Part shown: positions 8,764 to 16,637 of the stretch, in pieces
How positions within the stretch are numbered: position 1 is the first letter of the stretch
Layout: the number at the start of each line of letters is the position of its first letter
NCBI GenBank assembly: GCA_029974275.1
Contig: JARKSN010000106.1
Span: 1 to 24,019, forward strand
DNA from: Candidatus Hydrogenedentota bacterium
GTDB taxonomy: Bacteria; Hydrogenedentota; Hydrogenedentia; Hydrogenedentales; SLHB01
Reading direction: 5' to 3'
Length of the DNA stretch: 24,019 nucleotides
The notes under the pieces: generated by a model
Seen by the model: the letters and a program-made list of their open reading frames with translations, nothing else
Databases searched by the model: none
What the model was told of the DNA's origin: nothing
Position numbers and translations under genes: made by a program

Positions 8764-9096
8764 ATGAATATTTACGTGGGCAACCTGTCGTACAGCACAA
8801 CGGAAGATGACTTGCGCAACGCCTTTGAGGCGTATGGGCAAGTAAACGCCGCCCGGGTCATGATGGATCGCGAGACGGGCAAGCCGCGCGGGTTCGGATT
8901 TGTCGAGATGGCCGATGCGAATGAAGCCCAGGCCGCGATTGCCGCCTTGAATGGCCAAGACCTCCAGGGCCGCACCCTTAAGGTCAACGAGGCGCGTCCC
9001 CAGGAAGATCGCCGGGGCGGCGGCGGCGGCGGCGGACGCGGCGGCTACGGTTCGCGTGGCGGCGGCGGTGGCGGCGGCTACGGTTCGCGCTGGTAA
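8764..9096 (+). CDS. RRM RNA-binding protein with Gly-rich tail (Rbp-like), copy 1
   Basis: RNP2 'IYVGNL', RNP1 'RGFGFVEM', 'GRTLKVNEARP', RGG/GYG tail; SD AAGGAG. Confidence 0.97.
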   Translation: MNIYVGNLSYSTTEDDLRNAFEAYGQVNAARVMMDRETGKPRGFGFVEMADANEAQAAIAALNGQDLQGRTLKVNEARPQEDRRGGGGGGGRGGYGSRGGGGGGGYGSRW

Positions 9097-9238
9097 CAGG
9101 CGGGCTGTTTGTAATAGCTGGAATGGGCTGGAACGCCTAACGGAATGCCGGAGTAGGTGGTTTGCGTGCGGAGGTCCGGCCGGACATATCGGGTAACGCC
9201 CTCGAAAAGAGGGAAGAAGACAGAACAGGAGAAAAGAG

Positions 9239-9544
9239 ATGAACATCTACGTCGGCAACCTCTCGTACAGCACCATGGACAGCGACCTCCAAGCCACTTT
9301 CGAGCCTTTCGGCACGGTCACGTCCGCTCGCGTCATCATGGACAAGGTGACGGGGCGTTCGCGCGGTTTTGGTTTCGTCGAAATGGCGAACAACGAGGAA
9401 GGCAAGGCGGCGATTGCGGCGATCGACGGCAAGGAATTGCAAGGCCGCGCGCTCAAGGTCAACGAGGCGCGCCCGCAGGAAGATCGTCGCAGCAGCGCGC
9501 CGCGCGGCGGATCGCGTGGCGGCGGCTACGGCTCGCGCTGGTAA
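9239..9544 (+). CDS. RRM RNA-binding protein with Gly-rich tail (Rbp-like), copy 2
   Basis: RNP2 'IYVGNL', RNP1 'RGFGFVEM', ends GGYGSRW like copy 1; SD AGGAG. Confidence 0.97.
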   Translation: MNIYVGNLSYSTMDSDLQATFEPFGTVTSARVIMDKVTGRSRGFGFVEMANNEEGKAAIAAIDGKELQGRALKVNEARPQEDRRSSAPRGGSRGGGYGSRW

Positions 9545-9568
9545 CCGAAATCGGCCGTTAACAGACTC

Positions 9569-9612
9569 GACGCTTCCTTTCGTCGCGAGACGAAAGGAAG
9601 CGTCTTTCTTTT
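9569..9612 (+). terminator. Intrinsic terminator after the RRM pair
   Basis: Perfect 16-bp stem GACGCTTCCTTTCGTC / GACGAAAGGAAGCGTC, GCGA (GNRA) loop, then TTTCTTTT. Confidence 0.92.
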
Positions 9613-9655
9613 GGATTCACGGATTCGTCTGGTCGCGTCGCGTCAAAAGAGTCGA

Positions 9656-10600
9656 TCACTCTTCCGCGGCCAGGGCCTGCGCGACGTCCTCGGGCGACGG
9701 AGGATCCGTGTCCCAAAAATGTCTTTGCCTGCCATCCTCGACCAGGAAAAAGCGTGGCGGCGCGCTGCCGATAAACGTCATGAACGTCAGCGCGTCAATC
9801 GCGAGCCAAGGGAATTCAGGCGCGGTCTGAAGCAGGAAGGCATCGATTTCGCTCGAAGATCCCATCAGGAGAGCCACGACAGGGGGCATGCCGGGCATCT
9901 TCCCGAAATCGTTCAGGACAGCGACCGACGCGACGCAGTGCTCGCACGAAGCGCTGAGCATGGCGACCAGGAATCGGCCCTCGCCGAGATCGACGCGGCG
10001 CTCGGGGCGCTCGAAGACAAACTGGGCGAAGGGCCGGTTGCTGGATGCGTGCGAACGGTCTGGCCTCGCGGGCGCCGGGGACGCCGTGGCGGTGGCATAT
10101 ACGCCGACGCCCAACACGATGACGCCACATACGACGGCGACGGCGATCCGTGCGGCCATCGCCCGCGGCGCGGAGGACGCGTCGCGCCAGAACCCTTTCG
10201 CCCACCCCCGCCAAACGGCCGCCATCAAGCCCATCATGACGATGTTTTTGAGGATGGAGGGCCCCGGCGCCAGTTCAATGTATTTGCCGAAACAGCCGCA
10301 ATCGGCCAATCCCTGAAAGCGCCAGGCGTATAGGATCAGCGCGCTGAACCCCAACAACATGGCTTCGGTGGCGGGATACAGCAAGCCCCGGAAGCGAAAT
10401 CCGGCCACCATTGCCGCGCCCAACAACGTTTCCGCGATCACGCTCCCGTATGCGGCCAGTTCCACCCAAAAAGGATCGCGCACGATGCCATAGGCCGAAA
10501 CCTGAACGGCAAACGAGGTCATATCCAGCGCTTTTAGCGCCGCCGCACCGACAAAGGTCGCGCCGACCAGAATCTCCACCCATCGCAATACGGTCTTCAT
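9656..10600 (-). CDS. MauE/DoxX-family membrane protein fused to a thioredoxin-like CxxC domain
   Basis: TM helices with 'AAALK', 'ETLLG', 'DCGCFG' (MauE-like), then a soluble domain with 'SASCEHC' and 'APPRFFLVEDG'. SD GGAGG precedes ATG 10600. Confidence 0.8.
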   Translation of the reverse strand: MKTVLRWVEILVGATFVGAAALKALDMTSFAVQVSAYGIVRDPFWVELAAYGSVIAETLLGAAMVAGFRFRGLLYPATEAMLLGFSALILYAWRFQGLADCGCFGKYIELAPGPSILKNIVMMGLMAAVWRGWAKGFWRDASSAPRAMAARIAVAVVCGVIVLGVGVYATATASPAPARPDRSHASSNRPFAQFVFERPERRVDLGEGRFLVAMLSASCEHCVASVAVLNDFGKMPGMPPVVALLMGSSSEIDAFLLQTAPEFPWLAIDALTFMTFIGSAPPRFFLVEDGRQRHFWDTDPPSPEDVAQALAAEE

Positions 10601-10712
10601 GTCGAATGCCTCCGCTCCGCTTTCGGAATCGAAAACCATTTTTGTCGTTCCTTTCTATTTAAGACCGGCCCCGCCCAAAATGCAAACCATTTCCCTCGAA
10701 AGCCGGGCGCGA

Positions 10713-10741
10713 TTGCCACGGTCCGCGCGCATGCGTATCAT
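10713..10741 (+). promoter_or_regulatory. Putative sigma70 promoter of the GT2-TPR gene
   Basis: TTGCCA-17 nt-TATCAT, about 60 nt upstream of the GTG start. Confidence 0.65.
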
Positions 10742-10802
10742 CGAAGCGCGCGGGCGGCGCGAGACCGTTCCGCGCCCAAACCGATGACAGGGGGACGCAT
10801 CC

Positions 10803-12134
10803 GTGCCGGCGCTGAGCGTGGTGATGATCGTCAAGAACGAAGCGCATTGCATTGGGCAATGTTTGGAGGGCATTCGCGATTGCGCCGATGAAATCGTGAT
10901 CGGCGACACCGGATCGACGGACGACACCGTCTCCATCGCGCAGGGACATGGGGCGCGCGTGTTTCCGCTGACGTGGAACGATGATTTCTCCGAGGCGAGA
11001 AATCGCGTGATCGGGGCGGCGCGCGGCGATTGGCTGTTGCATCTCGACGCGGACGAAGTGGTCGATCCGGAGGGATCGCGCCGTCTGCGCGGCGTGGTGG
11101 ACGCGGATGGGGCCGGCGCGGACGCGATTGAGGTGACGCTGGCCAACTACTGCGACGATGTGCGCGCGTGGCGCTGGGTCCCCGTTGTTCCGGGCGATGC
11201 GATGGCGCGCGGTTTTTCGGGATATATCGCGGCGCGATTGCTGCGTCTGTTCCGCAACGGGCGCGGCTTCGAGTACCGCGATCCCGTGCACGAAAACATC
11301 ACGGAAAGCGTCCTCGAGCGAGGCGGGGTCATTCGCCCGGAAGACATCGTGATCCACCATTACGGCTATCGCCCCGGCAATGCGCCCGACCCCGCAAAGG
11401 CGCGTTTCTATCTGGCGCTGGGCCGCAAAAAGACCGCGTTGCGCCCGCAGGATCCCAAGGCGTGGCACGACCTCGCCGAGCAGACGCTCGCATGCGGCGA
11501 CGCCGACGAGGCGGAGGCGGCCTGCCGCAAGGCTCTTGCGATCGATCCGCTGCACCTAGGCGCCGCCACGACCATGGCCAATATCCTGCTGAACCGGGGC
11601 GACCTGCTTGAGGCCGAGGCCCTGTTCCGGCGGCTCGAAACGGCCGGCGTCACGCCGCCGCATGTCGTTTTGACGCTCGGCGCGATCGCGTGCCGCCTCG
11701 GACGCCTCGACGAGGCGCGCGCAAGGCTCGATGCGGTGCTTGACGCCGTTCCCGGCAACGTGATGGCGCGCTATTATCTGGCGCGCACGCTGGACCGGAT
11801 GAACGATGCCGCCGGAGCCCGGGCGCAGCTTGAGGCGGCCGTCGCGCACGCGCCGTCGTTGAGCGAGTTCCGGGACTATGTTCAGGCGCATGCGCTGCGT
11901 TGCGAGGGGAAGACGTGTTTTGCCGCAGGCGATCTCGCGCGGGCGTTGCGGGCCCTGGTCGCTTCGTTGCGCCTTGAGCCGGAGGACCCGATCACGCACA
12001 ACGATCTCGGGGTCGTGCTGCACGCGATCGGCGACGATGCGCGCGCCCGGGCATGTTTCGAGCGGGCGCTCAAGCTCGCGCCGGGCATGCCGCAAGCCAT
12101 CGAGAATCTGCGAGGGCTCCCCGAGAAGGAATAA
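10803..12134 (+). CDS. Family 2 glycosyltransferase with C-terminal TPR repeats
   Basis: 'LSVVMIVKNE', 'DTGSTDDT', 'WNDDFSEARN', 'LDADE', 'VHE', 'HYGY', then TPRs (e.g. 'HNDLGVVLHAIGD...FERALKLAP'). Confidence 0.93.
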   Translation: MPALSVVMIVKNEAHCIGQCLEGIRDCADEIVIGDTGSTDDTVSIAQGHGARVFPLTWNDDFSEARNRVIGAARGDWLLHLDADEVVDPEGSRRLRGVVDADGAGADAIEVTLANYCDDVRAWRWVPVVPGDAMARGFSGYIAARLLRLFRNGRGFEYRDPVHENITESVLERGGVIRPEDIVIHHYGYRPGNAPDPAKARFYLALGRKKTALRPQDPKAWHDLAEQTLACGDADEAEAACRKALAIDPLHLGAATTMANILLNRGDLLEAEALFRRLETAGVTPPHVVLTLGAIACRLGRLDEARARLDAVLDAVPGNVMARYYLARTLDRMNDAAGARAQLEAAVAHAPSLSEFRDYVQAHALRCEGKTCFAAGDLARALRALVASLRLEPEDPITHNDLGVVLHAIGDDARARACFERALKLAPGMPQAIENLRGLPEKE

Positions 12135-12296
12135 GGGATGGACGAGGCGGGATCGCGCGCCCGGCAGCCCTGTCTCTCTTCGCGCATTTGTTTGGCCGCT
12201 CGGTGTACAGTATCATGATGAGGCGGCCCGGCATGGGTTTCCGGGCGATAACCAAGCGTTGGCCCCTTCATTCGTGCATACGCGAAAGGAAACGGC

Positions 12297-13355
12297 ATGG
12301 ACCTTGAGTCGCTATTCGCTCTCGTCTCGAAACAGGGGGCGTCCGACCTGTTGGTCAGCGCGGGGGCTCCGCCGATGCTGCGCATCAACGGCAAGCTGTT
12401 GCGGACGCGCGACGAGATATTGACGCCCGAGGCGACGCGCGAAATGATCTTTGCCATCCTGACGAAGGAGCAGAAAGATCATTTCGAAAAGCACAAGGAA
12501 CTCGATTTTTCCCTGGCGGTCGGGCGCAAACACCGGTTCCGCGTGAACGTGTACCTGCAAAAACAGGCGGTTACGGCGGCGTTTCGCCCGATTCCCGAAG
12601 ACATTCCTTCGCTGGACTCGTTGGGGCTGCCGCCGATTGCGCGCGAATTCACCTTGGCCGCGCAGGGGCTTATCCTGGTGACCGGCCCCACCGGTCACGG
12701 CAAAACCACGACCCAGGCCGCCATGATCGACCTTGTCAACAACACGCGCGAATGCCATGTCATCACCGTGGAAGACCCCATAGAATTCATCCATCAGCAC
12801 AAGCGCAGCATCGTCGATCAGCGCGAAATCGGCGGCGACACGCACAGTTTCGGCGCGGCGTTGAAATACGTGTTGCGGCAGGACCCCGACGTGATCCTGA
12901 TCGGCGAGATGCGCGACCTCGAAACCATCCAAGCCGCGTTGCGCGCCGCGGAAACGGGCCACCTTGTCCTCGCCACGTTGCACACCAACGACGCCGTCCA
13001 GACGGTCGACCGCGTCATCGACGTGTTTCCGGCCGAGCAGCAGCAACAGGTGCGATTCCAGCTGTCCATGACGTTGCTGGCGGTCATGTCGCAACGCCTG
13101 CTGCCGCGCGCCGATGGCAACGGCCGCATCCTCGCGTGCGAACTCCTGCGCAACAACAACGCCGTCGCCAACCTCATCCGCGAGGGCAAAACGCACCAGG
13201 TCTACAGCATCATGGAGACCAACGTGAAGGAAGGCATGATCACCATGGACCGTTCGGTGCGCGATCTCTATCTCAACGGCCTTATCTCATACGATGACGC
13301 TGTCGGTCATGTCCGTAACGTCAAAACCCTCATGGAAGCCGGCCCCGCGCGCTGA
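12297..13355 (+). CDS. pilT: Type IV pilus retraction ATPase PilT
   Basis: 'ASDL', 'RFRVN', Walker A GPTGHGKTT, 'TVEDPIE', 'LRQDPDVILIGEMRD', 'AAETGHLVLATLHT', AIRNLIRE-like 'AVANLIRE'; SD AAAGGA. Confidence 0.93.
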   Translation: MDLESLFALVSKQGASDLLVSAGAPPMLRINGKLLRTRDEILTPEATREMIFAILTKEQKDHFEKHKELDFSLAVGRKHRFRVNVYLQKQAVTAAFRPIPEDIPSLDSLGLPPIAREFTLAAQGLILVTGPTGHGKTTTQAAMIDLVNNTRECHVITVEDPIEFIHQHKRSIVDQREIGGDTHSFGAALKYVLRQDPDVILIGEMRDLETIQAALRAAETGHLVLATLHTNDAVQTVDRVIDVFPAEQQQQVRFQLSMTLLAVMSQRLLPRADGNGRILACELLRNNNAVANLIREGKTHQVYSIMETNVKEGMITMDRSVRDLYLNGLISYDDAVGHVRNVKTLMEAGPAR

Positions 13356-13402
13356 CCCGCAGACAACAGACGCCGTTCGCGGCATTCGCGGAGACTCCGA
13401 TC

Positions 13403-14173
13403 GTGCGACTCGTAGACGCCCACTGTCATCTCGAGAGCGAGGAGTTCGCGGGCGCGCTGGACGCCGTCTTGGCGCAGGCCCGGGAAGCCGGCGTCGTGAA
13501 ATGCGTCACGGCGGCGGTTGCGCCGGACGAGTGGGAACGGTCGCTCGCCCTGGCGCGCGCGTATCCGGAGATCGAATGCGCGCTGGGGCTGCATCCCTGG
13601 CGCGCGCATCCCGCGGAGGCGGCGCGCCTCGACGATTTGGGCGCGACGGCGCGACGCGGCGCCATCGCCATCGGCGAGATCGGTCTCGACGGCAAGATTC
13701 ACGACCCGCCGCTCGCCGCGCAGACCCTGTGCTTCGAACAGCAACTCATCGTCGCCAAGGAACTCGACTTGCCGGTGGTGCTGCACTGCCGCGGCGCCTT
13801 CAACGAGATGCTTCTCGTCCTGCGTCGCATTGGCGCGCCCCGCGCCGGCGGCGTCATCCACGCATTTGGCGGGAGCGTCGAATGGGTCGAAGCCTTTCTG
13901 CCGCATCGGCTGTCGTTCTCGATGGGCGCTTCGCTCACCTATCGCAACAGCGCCAAACGCAAGGAGGCGCTTCGGCGCATCTACCCGGACCATCTCCTGC
14001 TCGAAACGGACAGTCCCGACATGCCCCCTGTCGAGGTTCGCGAACGCCCCAACGTTCCTGCCAACATCCGCTTCAACCTGCGCGCCGCCGCGGAGACTCT
14101 GGGGCTGCCGGAAGAAGACATTGCCGCGCAAACGACGCGCAACGCCACGCGCGTGTTCCGGTTGGAGACGTAA
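13403..14173 (+). CDS. tatD: TatD-family metal-dependent hydrolase/DNase
   Basis: 'DAHCHL', 'GLHPW', 'GEIGLD', 'LHCR', 'IHAF', 'LETDSP'. Confidence 0.93.
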   Translation: MRLVDAHCHLESEEFAGALDAVLAQAREAGVVKCVTAAVAPDEWERSLALARAYPEIECALGLHPWRAHPAEAARLDDLGATARRGAIAIGEIGLDGKIHDPPLAAQTLCFEQQLIVAKELDLPVVLHCRGAFNEMLLVLRRIGAPRAGGVIHAFGGSVEWVEAFLPHRLSFSMGASLTYRNSAKRKEALRRIYPDHLLLETDSPDMPPVEVRERPNVPANIRFNLRAAAETLGLPEEDIAAQTTRNATRVFRLET

Positions 14174-14175
14174 CC

Positions 14176-14955
14176 ATGCGCTTCTCTCGCACCGAACTGC
14201 TGGTAGGCAAAAAAGGCGTGGAGCGTCTGGCGCGCGCGACCGCCGTAGTGGCGGGTTTGGGGGGCGTAGGCGGCTACGCCGTCGAGGCAATGGCGCGCGC
14301 CGGGGTTGGGCGCCTCGTCCTGATCGACTGCGACGCGGTCGAACTCAGCAATATGAACCGGCAAATCATCGCGATCGACGGCGCGACGGGGCGTCCAAAA
14401 GTGGACGTGGCGCGCGAACGCGTCCTGGCGATCAACCCGGACGCCTGCGTTGTGGCGCGGCGCGAGACCATCTTGCCGGACAACGTCGATGCGCTGCTTC
14501 CGGAAGGAACGTTCTACGGCATCGACGCGATCGACAGCGTGCCTTCGAAAGTTCATTTGATCGCGGCGTTTCGCCGGCGGGCTCGAGGATTCGTCTCGTG
14601 CATGGGCGCGGCGAGCCGCTTGTCGCCGACGGGATTCGTCGTTGCGGACATTGGCGACACGGAGCACTGCCCCTTGGCGCGCGCCGTGCGGCGGCGGCTG
14701 AAACAACTTGGCATCGTTCGCGGGGTTCGATGCGTTTATTCACGCGAGAACCGCGGAGGCGTGACGGAACCGCCGGAAGGCGCGCCCCTGCCTCAGCACG
14801 GCAAGCGGCGCATTCAAGGCAGCATTTCCTACGTTCCCGGCATCATTGGATTGATGGCCGCCGGCGTGATCATTCAGGATATTTTGGAGTTCTCGAGCCC
14901 GCCCGAACCCGGTATTGAGGAAGTCCATGAGCCGTTGGATCGCTTCGACCCCTAG
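14176..14955 (+). CDS. tcdA: tRNA threonylcarbamoyladenosine dehydratase (ThiF/E1-like)
   Basis: 'FSRTELLVG', 'GLGGVG', 'SNMNRQ', 'DAID', 'SCMGAA', 'CPLAR', 'GSISYVPG'. ATG 2 nt after the tatD stop. Confidence 0.88.
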   Translation: MRFSRTELLVGKKGVERLARATAVVAGLGGVGGYAVEAMARAGVGRLVLIDCDAVELSNMNRQIIAIDGATGRPKVDVARERVLAINPDACVVARRETILPDNVDALLPEGTFYGIDAIDSVPSKVHLIAAFRRRARGFVSCMGAASRLSPTGFVVADIGDTEHCPLARAVRRRLKQLGIVRGVRCVYSRENRGGVTEPPEGAPLPQHGKRRIQGSISYVPGIIGLMAAGVIIQDILEFSSPPEPGIEEVHEPLDRFDP

Positions 14956-16606
14956 AGGGGCTTCGTTCGCAGGCTCTCCCGCACACCGGCGTCCGGAGAC
15001 GCTGCGGCGTTGGGCGAAGGGGGGAGCCCTCGTATGCATCGCCGCGCTGGCCGTATTCCTGCGTGCGCCGCATCTCGCCGACCGCCCCATGCACGGCGAC
15101 GAGGCGAACCAGGCGTTCAAGGCGGGCATTCTGCTGGAGACGGGCCGATATGTGTACGATCCCCAGGATCATCACGGCCCGACGTTATATTATGCCACGT
15201 TGCCTGTGGCATGGGCGCTGGGCCGCCATACGTTGGCGGACATGACGGAATCTCTTTGCCGGAGCGTGCCGCTGGCGTTCGGCATCGGCGTCCTGGCGAC
15301 GGTCGCGTTACTGGCGGAGGCGACGGGATGGGGCGCGGCGTTGATCGCGATGGCCTTGCTTGCCATTTCTCCTTCGATGGTGTTTTACAGCCGCTATTAC
15401 ATCCAAGAAATGTTGTTGGTCTTTTTCACGGCCATGGCGTTGGGATGCGGATGGCGGCATGTGCGCGCGAGGGGCGATCGAAACGGCGTTCCGGCGCAGG
15501 ATCGCGGCGTGGAACGGGCCGCGCTGGGGTGGGCGATTGCCTTTGGGGCAAGTTTGGGGCTGATGCATGCGACGAAAGAAACCTGCGTGTTGGCGTTCGC
15601 GGCGATGGCGATTGCGGGTCTGGCGGTTGTGTGGCGAATGCCGAGGCGCATGGAGGAGGCGGTCGTTTCCCCAGGGCGGCGCGGTCCAAGCCGTGCAACG
15701 ACGCACCTTGTCGCCGCGGTTGTTGCCGCCCTTGCGGTCTCTGCGCTTTTCTTTTCCTCCTTCGGGAGCCATCCTCGAGGCATTCTGGACTCGGCGCTGG
15801 CGTATGCCGCGTATTTCCATCGTCTCGAAGAAGCGGGGCCGCATACAAAGCCATGGCATTACTATCTCGGATTGCTGACGTACAACCACTACGGGCGCGG
15901 CCCTGTGTGGAGCGAGGCGGTCGTGGTCCTATTGGCGTTGGCGGGCATTGTGCGCGCCTGGCGCGATCGCGCCGCAACGCGGCCTGCGGCGTTCATGCAA
16001 TTCCTGGCGATCTATGCGATCGCGCTGCTCGCGATCTACTCGGCGATTCCGTATAAGACGCCGTGGTGCGTGTTGTCTTCGTTGTATCCGCTAGCCCTGC
16101 TGGCGGGGTATGGCGCGGCGGGGCTGTGGCGCGTCGCAAAAGGAAAGGTCGTTCGCGCCGCCGGCAGCGTGTTGCTGGCGCTTGCCGTAGCGCATCTGCT
16201 CGTGCAGGACATGCGCGCCACGGGGCGCTACGCCGCCCATCCGGCCAATCCCTACGTCTACGCGCACACATCCGGGACATTCATGAAGCTTGTCGAACGC
16301 ATCGATTCCCTCGCGGCGATCGCGCCGGAGGGCAAAAATCTCGCCATTCGCGTCATGGTTCCGCCGTTGGACTATTGGCCGTTGCCGTGGCACCTGCGCA
16401 AATATTCGCGCGTAGGTTATTGGGCAAACCCTCCCGACGAGGTGGATGCGGCGATTGTCGTGGTCGCGCCGGCGTATCAGGCAGACGTGGAACGGCGCAT
16501 GAAGGCGCATTACGCGATGGAGTATCACGGGGTGCGACCCGGCGTCATCGTGGCGGTCTACGTCGAGGCGCATCTCTGGAAGACGTTCCTGCGCAACGCG
16601 ACGTAG
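14927..16606 (+). CDS. TIGR03663/Agl23-like GT-C fold membrane protein (PMT/ArnT-like)
   Basis: 'RPMHGDEA', 'YVYDPQDHHGPTLYY', 'YSRYYIQE', 'ATKE', 'YKTPW', 'YWPLPWHLR', many TM helices. ATG 14927 after GAGGA overlaps the tcdA end by 29 nt. Confidence 0.82.
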   Translation: MSRWIASTPRGASFAGSPAHRRPETLRRWAKGGALVCIAALAVFLRAPHLADRPMHGDEANQAFKAGILLETGRYVYDPQDHHGPTLYYATLPVAWALGRHTLADMTESLCRSVPLAFGIGVLATVALLAEATGWGAALIAMALLAISPSMVFYSRYYIQEMLLVFFTAMALGCGWRHVRARGDRNGVPAQDRGVERAALGWAIAFGASLGLMHATKETCVLAFAAMAIAGLAVVWRMPRRMEEAVVSPGRRGPSRATTHLVAAVVAALAVSALFFSSFGSHPRGILDSALAYAAYFHRLEEAGPHTKPWHYYLGLLTYNHYGRGPVWSEAVVVLLALAGIVRAWRDRAATRPAAFMQFLAIYAIALLAIYSAIPYKTPWCVLSSLYPLALLAGYGAAGLWRVAKGKVVRAAGSVLLALAVAHLLVQDMRATGRYAAHPANPYVYAHTSGTFMKLVERIDSLAAIAPEGKNLAIRVMVPPLDYWPLPWHLRKYSRVGYWANPPDEVDAAIVVVAPAYQADVERRMKAHYAMEYHGVRPGVIVAVYVEAHLWKTFLRNAT

Positions 16607-16637
16607 CTTTGCGGGCGGCGCATTTTCGCACAGGATA

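Noticed and set aside
9013..9078. (GGC)n runs as contingency repeat or CRISPR-like array
   Set aside because: In-frame poly-Gly codons of the RRM tail; no repeat-spacer structure.
13294..14918. All three forward frames are open across most of tatD (possible overprinting or tatD-tcdA frameshift fusion)
   Set aside because: Alternative frames give Arg/Ala/Pro-rich text typical of very high GC DNA; I see no slippery site at the junction, and tcdA has its own GGAG and ATG.
13403..14955. TatD plus ThiF/E1-like pair as an anti-phage system (QatABCD- or CBASS-like)
   Set aside because: The ThiF protein has TcdA-type motifs, and no E2, JAB, cyclase or Qat partners are present; a housekeeping pairing is the simpler reading.
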